From: an uncultured candidatus Porisulfidus sp.
GTDB taxonomy: Bacteria; Pseudomonadota; Gammaproteobacteria; Poriferisulfidales; Oxydemutatoraceae
Assembly (NCBI GenBank): GCA_965215125.1
Contig: OZ244052.1
Span: 384,001-448,000 of the forward strand
Direction of reading: 5' to 3'
Length of the DNA stretch: 64,000 bases
This document shows positions 1 through 11,300 of this stretch, one piece after another (position 1 is the stretch's first letter; the number at the start of each line of letters is the position of its first letter). The notes beneath the pieces were generated by a model that saw only the letters and a list, made by a program, of their open reading frames with translations, was not told the origin of the DNA and searched no databases. The translations under genes and the position numbers were made by a program.

Positions 1-2009
1 TCTATATCCAGTTCGGCTTGCCGAGTATTTAAGCCTTTTAATAAATCGGGTTGCGGCGGTGAAACCTGACTCCAACGATAACGCACTCGTCGCTGATCCG
101 GCTCGGAGGTTGAAACACTCAACGCAATACGCCGACCTTCACTCACCCTATAATCCGAACGGTCGCTACTAATCATTGCCTCCAAGCCAAAATGGCGTAT
201 CACCCAAATCCGATAGTGCCTCGCTATCGTAATTAAGGTAGGCTCAGGGGCTACATTCAAAATAATCGGTGCCGTCTCGCCGTTATTCACCGACGGCAAA
301 CCGATTTTCTCGTCTTTAAGAATACTAATCGTCTGTGTGCTATTCGCTATCGTAGGGCTGAACCTTATCTCTGTTACACTATCGTCGCTTAAGTTCACAC
401 GATAATCGAAGGTCTGCGGATTAAACGCAGGAGATAAGCTCAACCCGTCCAATACAAGCAAACCCGAGAGCATGATGTGCTGACCCGACAATAGGTGTCC
501 CTTTTCAGAACCCTCGCTATGTCTGAGTATCGGGTATTGTTCACCGGTGCCGAACTCCCAATCCGCAACATCCCATCGCTCAAAGGTCTCGCCCGGTAGA
601 CCGGGAGCAGTCGGTGATTTTAGCTGCTCGGTAGTCCGTGGACTGCCACCGGCACTGAACGATATCCCGGCAGCCTCGCTATTCCAATAACTGTGTATTA
701 CACGCACCATGTCGGCATGCCTCGTTTGGTGTGCATAATTCCAGCCGATCAACCCTCCGGCATGCGCACCGCTTGCGACAACCTGCCCGTTTGCAAAACT
801 GTCGGAAACGATGCCTTTATTACTGCCGACCAAACCACCGACTCTATGCACACCGCCTACATAACCGCTTGAGTACGTATTGCTTATTCGACCGCCCTCG
901 TTCCAACCGACCAAACCGCCCACATCGCTATCACCGTCTATGCGACCCTGCGCAAAACTATTGGTGATTTCACTATTCCTGTTCCAACCGACCAGACCGC
1001 CCGTATAAAGATTACCCGAAACCGCACCGCTTGCCCGACTATCGGCAACTCCGCCGCTGCGGTTATTCGCACCGACCAACCCACCGCTATACGAACCGCC
1101 GCTTATTACTTTGCCTTCGGCATGGCTTGCACTAATCCGAGCATGGTTGAGACCGACCAAACCGCCGATATAATCATGACCTTTTGCAGTCCCGTCGGCA
1201 CGACTGTTTGTCAGCGCACCTCGAGAGTTAAGACCGACCAAACCGCCGACTTGGTTGACACCGGATACACTCGTATCGGCAACGCTATACCTAATATGCC
1301 CTTCGTTGTGACCCACCAGACCGCCGAGACTATGACCGCCACCCTCTACACGCTCGAGTATGACATCGCCGTTGAGTATCGTCCCGGCATTGGCACCGAA
1401 CAAACCGCCGACAGTGTTGCCCACACCGATTAGACGACCCCCTTCCACACCGATATAAGTAACACTCCCGGCGTTATGACCGGCTAAACTACCGATGTAT
1501 GAATTCCCTGTGATGTTTATTTGCGACAATACCAGATCGCTGATTTTGGCCGGCTTAGTCGTCACCTTGAATAAACCGACATAATCCGACGGCCTGTTGA
1601 TGTAAAGGTTGGCTATCGTATGACCATTGCCTTCAAACCTTGCGCTAAAGAAACTCAGCCGATCGCCTATAGGCAACCAACCTAAACCACTCGTCCATGC
1701 TTCTTTGTTGATGATGTTGCGGTAGTCATCGGAAACATTGAAGTCTAGATCGTCGCACAACTCGTAGCCGTTGCAACCGCTTTGCGGACACCCCGCAGTG
1801 ATCTTAACTGTGTCAAAACTTTCTCTATAGCCGGTGCCGTCAAGCTGATAGCGAACTGCGTCCAATGCATCCAAATCGCATAACTCTATCAAGCCATCGT
1901 TGTCTTGATCTATATCGGTTAAGTAATTGCATTGGAAGCCGTCTTGTGCCGATACGGATGCCAATAATATTGTAGTTAACAGTAATAAGAATCTTGCGGA
2001 TCCCCCCAT
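1..2009 (-). CDS. Giant GLUG-repeat surface protein, copy D (5' ~669 codons; continues past the left edge)
   Basis: Read by hand: ATG at 2009, preceded by AGGGGGAAG, gives MGGSARFLLLLTTILLASVSA-QDGFQCNYLTDIDQDNDGLIELCDLDALDAVRYQ. Position 1 aligns to position 18054 of copy C. The 15-nt length difference equals the 5-aa shorter signal peptide, so the frame is consistent. Confidence 0.93.
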   Translation of the reverse strand, partial: MGGSARFLLLLTTILLASVSAQDGFQCNYLTDIDQDNDGLIELCDLDALDAVRYQLDGTGYRESFDTVKITAGCPQSGCNGYELCDDLDFNVSDDYRNIINKEAWTSGLGWLPIGDRLSFFSARFEGNGHTIANLYINRPSDYVGLFKVTTKPAKISDLVLSQINITGNSYIGSLAGHNAGSVTYIGVEGGRLIGVGNTVGGLFGANAGTILNGDVILERVEGGGHSLGGLVGHNEGHIRYSVADTSVSGVNQVGGLVGLNSRGALTNSRADGTAKGHDYIGGLVGLNHARISASHAEGKVISGGSYSGGLVGANNRSGGVADSRASGAVSGNLYTGGLVGWNRNSEITNSFAQGRIDGDSDVGGLVGWNEGGRISNTYSSGYVGGVHRVGGLVGSNKGIVSDSFANGQVVASGAHAGGLIGWNYAHQTRHADMVRVIHSYWNSEAAGISFSAGGSPRTTEQLKSPTAPGLPGETFERWDVADWEFGTGEQYPILRHSEGSEKGHLLSGQHIMLSGLLVLDGLSLSPAFNPQTFDYRVNLSDDSVTEIRFSPTIANSTQTISILKDEKIGLPSVNNGETAPIILNVAPEPTLITIARHYRIWVIRHFGLEAMISSDRSDYRVSEGRRIALSVSTSEPDQRRVRYRWSQVSPPQPDLLKGLNTRQAELDI

Positions 2010-2098
2010 ACTACGCTTCCCCCTACATAGTCTTTCCAATTAGCTACATAAATAACCTATATCTTTATTTAGGCCATTTATCGCTATAAAAGAGTTTT

Positions 2099-2107
2099 AT
2101 TATAACA
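2099..2107 (-). promoter_or_regulatory. Putative sigma70 extended -10 (TGTTATAAT) for copy D
   Basis: Matches TGnTATAAT about 90 nt upstream of the ATG at 2009. The same motif class occurs upstream of copies B and C. Confidence 0.55.
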
Positions 2108-2338
2108 TATCAGACTGTTAAAGATAGAATCGTCTTTTGGGGCGTCACACAAACAGCGTAACTTTGTGCAGAACCACGATGCAAAATACATATGTAGAGT
2201 GGATATCATGTCCACTTTCGCACAATATGCCGGCACGATTTGTACATTTATCCATTGGGTTTATGGGGACCGTAACTATGTGGTGTGGACGGTTGTCACA
2301 ACCCCGTTAGGCTATGTTGGCTACAGGCGGGAAATGGA

Positions 2339-5300
2339 TTAGCGCAAAAGGCCTTCGGGAAATACTCTGATGTTTACGAAAATACCCGTTGACCGATCCG
2401 TTGAAGTTCTTACAACACCCCTAGATCTCACGACATTATATATGAATTGCTGCGGTGCCGACATCGCCGGAGATGCTAATCCTCGATGCCTATAACCCTG
2501 CTTATCGGTATAATCAATCAATACACGATAGCGATTACCTATAATGCCTTCTACGGTATGGCTTTGATCGGTGGCACCATCAATATCCAACCAGCTACCC
2601 AGCAGTTCCTTTTGCCATCGATAAGCGATCTCGGGGGTAGGATTTGTTCCATCCGAATCCGACGATAGATCTATGCCTGCTATGGTATACCTAAAACCAT
2701 TCAGCGTAGGCGCAGGAACCGATATAACACCGTTATTCTCTTTGACTATCGTTAACCGCACCGTTTCACCGACAACGCCTAAGCCATCGTCAACCGTCAA
2801 AACGATATCCACATCATTGATGCTTTGCATCTCACCGAGCAGATCACTGGGTATATTAAGCGCATACCTTAAATCGGCACGACCTACTACCGTGCCGGTG
2901 CTTCTTTGTATATCCGATAATAGGTTCGGAATCATACTTAGACTATAACTCAACTCGTCTCCTTCGGGATCTGCTATAGCGGCATTTAATGCAAAGGTTT
3001 CACCCTCTACGATTGAAGCAGGTGCGTTAATACTTATCCTCGGCAAACGATTATTATTTATCGTCAATTTATAGACAACGGGGGCTTCCATTCCCGCCGC
3101 ATTACTCGTCGCAACACGAATAACCGTAGATGTAGACTCGGAAGTATTGAGCGAGACGGAATAGTCGGTATCGTTTGCCGGCAGGACACTGCCATCGGCT
3201 ATGATACTCGCATCGGGATTAGCGGCTATCGGGGTGACTCTCAGTTCGCTCGCATCGGCATGAACCGACACCGTATAAGTCGTAACCGCAGGATCAAAGT
3301 CGGGGGAGAAATACAAATGTCCCGCTCCTACATTTTGTTCCAACTTTAGAGCTCGCAAACCGATACGCTGGTGGAGTAACAATCTACCGCAATCCGGCGA
3401 CGACGTTGAAGTGCCACAGGTGTTATCGTGGTATTTGAGTGCCGGATACTCATCGGCAGTGCCGAAATCCCAATCATCGCTACCCCAAGTGTAATAAATA
3501 TCGTTTACCATCGTCCCCGGTGCAGTCGGCATTTGCAATTCAGTCTTAGCGGTGCCGCCTCCCGGAGAGTTCGTCTGCCCACTCGTATCGGTATCCCAAT
3601 AGCTATTAGCCACGATTAGTCCGGGTGATTGTCTTATGCCGATTAAACCGCCTACATACTGTGCATCGGTGTTGGCTGTTGCAACAAAGGTTGTTTTCAC
3701 CTCGGCAGTCGAGTAGCTGTTGCTGACACTGCCACCTGCCCATAAGGTACCGACTAGACCTCCCACAGCTCGTTTTTTCTGACCGATACTAACCGAGCCT
3801 GCTACATAGCTATTACTAATAGGTCCTCGATTCTCACCCACTAGACCCCCTGCACCCCGCTCTGCCGAAACATCGGCAACCGCATAGCTTTTGCTAATCA
3901 TACCAAAGTTTATGCCACAGATGCCACCTACAAAACGAAAACCTCCGACGGTGCCACGCGCATAACTATTTATAATCGACGCACCCGATACACTGATACC
4001 GGTTAACAGACCGATAATATTATTTTGTCCTACGACACTGCCTCCATCGACATAGGCATTTATTAGTTCACCCTCGTTGCGACCGACTAGACCACCGACC
4101 CTAGCATTACCTCTTATTTCTATTGCCGATAATCCGAGATTGCGAATGGTGCCGGTATTTCCGGCAAACAGACCTATTTCATCGGTGGTGTCTCTATTGA
4201 TCCGTAAATTGGTAATCCTATATCCGTTGCCGTCAAAAATACCGGCGAAACAGTTGCTATCCGCATCACTACAATTATTGTTAGCAACAGTACCTATCGG
4301 TTGCCAAGCTGCAGCGGTCGTCCAAGCCACTTTATTGGCGGTTGAACTATAGCTTGCATCGTCTAGAAAATCCAAATCCCTAACCAATTCATAGCCTCTG
4401 CATCGGCCGTCGGGACAACCTGTAGCAATCTTGCTCGCCGTAGAACTCGCACGATAACCGCTGCCGTCCGGTTGATAACGAACCACATTGAGATCCTCGA
4501 GGGTTTCAATTTCTATTAAACCGTCGTTGTCTTTGTCTTTATGCGTAGCGATGTCTGCATACGGCGGGGCATCGTGATGAATGTTCGTCCGGTAACCTTG
4601 TCCATCGGTATAGCTTATAGAAAGTCTATATTGTGCGTTGCGAGCATCTTCGGGAGGCGTATAGCTTTTTCGGGTCGCACCGGGAATCGCAATAAATTTA
4701 CCGTTCCGTTCCAGCAACCATCGATAGCCGATATCGGTCAACGGCCCTCCGTCTATATCGTTTGACAAATTGCTCGCTGAAAGCGTATCACTACTTATCC
4801 ATTTCACACCACTCTCGGCGTTTCCATTATTCATTTTTCTCACCAGCAACGGTACTTCTCTACTTACGGTAGTTAAGGAATTATTGTTTTCGCTTAATTC
4901 TAGTTTTAGTATCACCGTGCCGTCATCCTCTTCTCCGGCGACAAAATCGGCAGGTACCGTAAACTTCACGGTAGATGCAGTTCTTATCCCCGACAGTAAG
5001 GTTTTCCCGGATACTTGGCTCCATCGGTAAGCCAACTGCAAATCGTTCTGCCCGAAACTTTTTGAGGCATCCAAACGAACGACATCCCCTTCGTTTAAGC
5101 TAAGGATATTGTCTTGGGGTAGTTCGCTAGGCGTGCCATCGTTGACTGCATTGACAATATCGATAATATTCCCCTCGCTTAGTTCAGAAAAAACATCATC
5201 GTAAATTACATTGAATAGATCGGGCCGAGGCGAATGTTCTAAATGCACCTGTATTCGATAAGTTGCTTTTCTATTATTTCCGATTGCGGTCTCAATCTTA

Positions 5301-8300
5301 AGATTGAACGAGTCATTCGCACTAATTCGTACGGTGTTGTCCGGTTGTTTAGTCAAAGGTGATCCGCCGCCCTTACGAATCGTTATTGCGGTACCTTTGC
5401 CGGCACCAACAGCGATTTTTATAATCAACGGCAATTCTTCGGCTTTAATCGTTGCTTCGTAGTTAAACTTATTAGGATCAAAGATCGGTAGCAACTGCGC
5501 ATTCTTTGAATTGACCGATAAACTAAGGCTACTCAACAATAGTCCATCGGAACGCTGACCGGGCAACAACAGATTACAACTCGGCAAGGTATCGCTGCCA
5601 CAACCCGGGTTATCTTTATCCGGTCCGATTCCGTATTTGAGTGCCGGATATTGTGTATTGGTGCCGAAATCCCAATCGGCAACATTCCAGCCTACATAGG
5701 TTTTACATAAATTCTCAGGTAATTCTTCATTAGATCCAATAAGTTTTTCAATACATGTGCCAAGTCCCTCATTCAATAGAGTAGGATCTTTAAGATTGCC
5801 TGCTGTTCTTACATTTTTGACATTGCTGTCTATTCCGAAACACTGCACTTTCAATGCGCTTATACCGAAGCCGGTGAACACACAATTCGGATTAAAGTTC
5901 CAATAACTATTGACGGAAGCGGATCCTCTGGCAATTAAACCGGCCAATGTACTGCCACCGGAAACTTTGCCTAGGGTATAACTATTCTCGATCTTTGAAT
6001 TATTATTGACACCGACTAAACCACCGGCAACTTTGTCGTTTGAGTTTACGCATGTACCGAACCCGGTCTCTACATTACCGGTCGCATAGCTGTTTTTGAT
6101 TTCGCTTCGGGTCAATAACTTATTTGAGTTGATGGAAAACTGACTGCTTACCAAACCACCGACGATGCAAGGTCCTTTCACCTCACCGGTCGCATAGCTG
6201 TTATATACCTTGCCGCCTTCTATGTTTCTACCGACTAAACCGCCCACTCCGACCCGCTTCGTATTGGGTGCTCCGGCATCTTCGGCAACCACATTGATCT
6301 TCGCATAACTATTGAGTATGAAACCTCTATTCCAGCCGATCATCCCGCCTATGAATCCTATACCGTTGCCGAAGCCGACATCCCCTGTTATTATTTTATC
6401 GGTGTTTCCTGCTCCGACATCGCCGACCACATAGCTATTCATGATGACACCGCCGCGTTCCATTCTGCCGACAATGCCACCTACATTTTTGATCCCGACC
6501 AGACCTTTGATTGTCGGATTTACAAGTCCCAAGTTTTTAACCTTTCCGACTGCTCCCATTTGAGAAAATAGACCTATATTGCTTTGATTGCGAACGCTAC
6601 GGTTTATTTGCATATTGGATATCGTATAGCCATTGCCGTTAAACACGGCATTAAATACTCCACCGATAGGCTGCCAACCGGAATCATTTTTATTTTTGAA
6701 ATTGCTCACCGTCCACCTATTCTTGGGTACCGACGGCTTCGGTGTACGGTAGCTTTCATCGTCGTTGAAATCCAAATCTTCGACTAATTCATAGCCTCGG
6801 CATTTCTCTACACCGTTGACCAACGGACAGCCCGTAGTAATCCTACTCGCATTTGCGGTTGCCTTATAACCGGTGCCGTCCAAACGATAGCGTACCGCAT
6901 TTAGCTCTTCCAAATAACGAATCTCTATCAAACCGTCGTTATCGTCGTCTATGTCTAGGTAATTTATGACTTCGGATTCAAATCGTTCGCGATAACCTTG
7001 ATTGTCTTCGTAAATAGCGAGTACGCGATACTGATAATCTCCCTCGTTAGGTATAGTATACGGAGATCCGCTCCCGACATTGACCCAATCTTCTGCATCG
7101 CTACGACGACGTTGCCATTGTATATGAGTTTCGGCAAGGCCACCGTCGCGGTCTACAAACTCGCTACCGTCCGCTCTTTCAAGTCGAACGGCATAAGTAT
7201 AGGGTTTATCGTTATCTTCAATTAAGCGAATACGATCGGCAGTATCGTTGTTCGCTTTGGAAACTATCAATGATATCGCTCTGCTCATATACACATCGTT
7301 CACACCGATTCCCGCCGCCAACTGTACGACACGGCTATCGTCTTGCTTAGACACTACATCGCTAGGTACCGTAAAATCCAATACGGCACTTTGTGTGTCA
7401 ACCGGCGATAGCCTGTCGTTGAACTTCAGCACATCGCCTGCCGATTGCCGCCATTTGTAGCGATATAAATCTTCATCCAAAGTAAAATTATACGAAATCA
7501 TTAGGCGAACACGCTCGCCTTCGACTACCGACAACGATAGTGGTACGATTGTCGTTGTTGTTGCCGTCACTCGTTCAATTTTTAGTTCGTCATAACGTAC
7601 CGAGAAGTGATACGACAATTCGCCGGCATCGGGATTATGCGTGGTTATAGTAATTTCCGGTATATGGTTACCGTCCAGCACAAACGATGTCGGAATACCC
7701 GATGAACATATCAAGCCATTGCGACAAGCAATATCTATAGTCGTGCCTACCCGTGTCGATGTGGTATCGACTCGTACTTCGGTCATTCGGGCAGACTCGG
7801 CTATGAGCTCGTAGTCAAAAATGAGCGGATGAAAAGACGGGAATAATCGGACATTGTTCGATAGAGTCAAACTTTGCAACAGACTTTTCCCTTCGGGAGC
7901 AAGCAACGGCACATCGGCAATCGCTTTCAGCTCGGGATAGCGATTCGCATCTGCGAACTCCCAAACATCGGCATCCCAGTTTTTATAAATACTATTGATC
8001 GGAGAAGTCGGCGTAGACGATCGGAGTATTGCCGTGGTCGCAGAAGAGCCGCCGGCACTCGATGCGATACCACTCGCCTCTATATCCCAATAACTATCGA
8101 CTACCATTGCACCGTTGACGGCAACCAAACCACCTACTTTAGACCTTGCGCCGACGGCTATAGCCCTATTCACCGTATAGCTGTTGATAATCTTGCTAGA
8201 ACCTCGGTTGAGAGCAACCAAACCACCGACAGTGTCCCAACCGATTACCGACCCTATCGCATAGCTGTTCTCAATGCGACCGCGATTGTCGTTTAAGGCA

Positions 8301-11300
8301 ACCAAACCACCTGCCAATGACGTTGTCAATCTATCCGATAGATTAGCTTCCACTTGGGTTTCTGCATAAGACCGAGTAATGGAACCGGCAAAATTCCTGC
8401 CGACCAATCCCCCTACGATTGCCGATCCACCGCTACCTCTTGCCATCACAGAACCACTAACATAACTCCGGCTAATGTCGCCCGCTCGGTTATAGCCGAC
8501 CAAACCACCTACATGCGCACCTCCGATTATATCTACATCCGTTAAACCGATACCTTCTATTACAACATCGCTTTTGCTGCCGTCTAGCACACCGAACAGC
8601 CCGATATAGTCGCTATCCGGTCTATTCACTCTCAAATTAGAAATCGTATAGCCGTTGCCTTTGAATATTGCCGTGAACGGATGTAGCGAGGTGCCTATCG
8701 GCTGCCAGCCTGACCCGGTAGTCCATGCGGTGTTGACACGCCCTGCTCGGTAATGTGCCGGATTATCAAAGTCTAAATCTTGCAACAACTCATAGCCTTT
8801 GCAACCGGCAATCGGACAGCCTCTAGCATTTTCTATCAATGCACCGTCGGCGTTTTGATATCTGAGACGTCTGCCGTCCAACGCATTGCGTATTGCGTCC
8901 AAGTCTTCCAATGTTAGAATATCTATCAACCCGTCTTTGTCGGTATCAATGTTTCTCTTCGGATCGGAAAAGAAATAATCGACTTCAAAGCGATATCGGA
9001 TGCGCCGCGCCCCCGAGACTTCAACACTAATCACGGTCGTGGCGTTGGAACGCAACACAATTGCCGAACTGCCGGTGCCGGTTTTGACCGTCTCGTCAAA
9101 ACCGTCATCACTAACGATACGAATGATTGCATCCTCATCCAGTGCATTCGGTATCAAATGTAACTGCTTTATGTTGGCATCCAGCTCTACACCGACACGA
9201 TAATATAATTTAGTCGTACTGAAGTTCGGAGATAGCGATACAGCCTCTGCGATTTTCAAACTTGCCAAACCATAAGACTGTAAGCCGGTGAGCGTGCTTT
9301 CGGTGTTGGTGGTATATTTAAGAATCGGATATTGATATGCATTGCCGAAATGCCAATCGCTATCATGCCACCGGTAATACGCCCTACCGGCATCCGACGA
9401 TTGACCGGTGCCCAGTTGCAGTTGCAGGGTTGTTTTGCCGATACCACCAGCCGATTCTCGTATGTTGCTCGTAGCGATATCCCAATAGCTATTTATCGCA
9501 ATACCACCGACGCTGTTGCCTATTAGACCGCCGCTGGTAACCGTATACGAAGCACACGCAGGCACCCCCGTACATAAGATATCTGCCGTCGCATAACTGT
9601 TGCGAACCGAGCCGCTGTTCTCGCCGACCAAACCACCGATAAGTGCGACTCCTTGAACACCGCCGCTTGCATAAGCGTTTGTAATAGAACCGAGATTCAA
9701 GGCGACCAAACCGCCGATGCCGGTGTCGCCCGATACACGATTCAAGCTGTAGCTATTCGCAATCACTCCACGACTTTCATTACGAGCTACCAAACCACCG
9801 ACTGAACGCCTGCCCGATACCACACCGTACGCATAACTATTAGAAATACGACCGATGTTATGGGCTACCAAACCGCCGATAAGTGTGACTCCTTGAACAT
9901 CGCCGCCTGCATAAGTGTTTGTAATAGAACCGAGATTCAAGGCGACCAAACCGCCGATGTCGGTGTCGCCCGATACACGACTCAAGCTATAGCTGTTTGC
10001 AATCACCCCACCGTTTTCGTTGCGAGCTACCAAACCACCGATACCACGCTCTCCCACTATCATGCCATCGGCATAGCTGTTGTTTATCTCTCCGGCGTTA
10101 TAGGCAGCTAGACTCCCGACACCGAGACGCCCCCTGATCTCTACATCCGATAAATTAATATTCTTGACCTGCGAACCGTCGGCTAATGCCGCAAACAAGC
10201 CGACATTGTCGGTATCGCTCTTATCAATGCGCAGATTTGAAATGGTATGATTGTTGCCGTTGAACACACTCTCAAACGGATTATCTCGGTCCCCTATGGG
10301 TTGCCAATTCTCCGCCCATTCGGTATTCACTACTCCCGAACGGTAGCTTGCAGCATCGCGAAAGTCCAAGTCTCGTGCTAATTCATAACCCAAACATACA
10401 TCGTTCGGACAGCCCTCGGTGATTTTGGTGTCGCTACGAATCGCTTTATAGCCGCTACCGTCCAGTTGATAGCGAATTGCATTTAGATCCTCCAAATTAC
10501 GCACCTCGATCAAGCCGTCGTCGTCTTCGTCTATATCGCTGACGGTAATAAAAGAATGTTTGCTTACCTCAAAACGATAGATTGTCGTTTGCGTAGCTCT
10601 AGATACCGAAGGATCCTCCACTGTCAGGGTAAGCAATAAACTATTAATATTGTCTATTTCAAGAGTGGTGCTTTGATTATTTTTCAATTCCTCACGAGGA
10701 TTCGTTTTACTATCGTCGTTGACTACAATAACTGCATCCGAATTAAATGTATACGGAATAATACTAAATTCACGCGCATCGCTCTTTAATATCAACTCGT
10801 AATCGTATATCCCGGAATTAAAGTCGGGTCTTAATAGCAAAACCTGACCCAACTTGCTCGAATGAGCCAAATTGCTTAAACCGATGTATTGATTTGGCAA
10901 TAAAGTCCCACACACCGGCAGTGCGGTATCGGTATCTTCGGCTTCTAGGCACGCCGGGCGAGTAATTATATCGGTAGCACTGGTATACCTTAATACCGGA
11001 TATTGACCGGACTCGGAATACCAATCGTTGCGATGCCATCGGCTATAGATCCCTTCTCCGATCGCAGCTGTTTGGAGCTCTGCCGTCGTCTTGCCGATAC
11101 CGTTGAAATTATTATTGTCATCTCTCACTGCACTTGTACCGACATCCCAATAACTTTGAATAGCGGAAAAATTGATCCGAACACTACCTATTAATCCCTC
11201 ACTACGACCCGATATTTTGCCGATTGCATAGCTGTTGATAATGCTATTACTTGCTCCACCGACCAAACCCCCTACGGACTGACTTCCGATGACCGCAACG

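Noticed and set aside
3367-3374. E. coli Chi sequence GCTGGTGG (also 39376-39383)
   Set aside because: It is one coding site duplicated with the gene and absent in copy B. The Chi sequence of this organism is unknown, so chance is sufficient.
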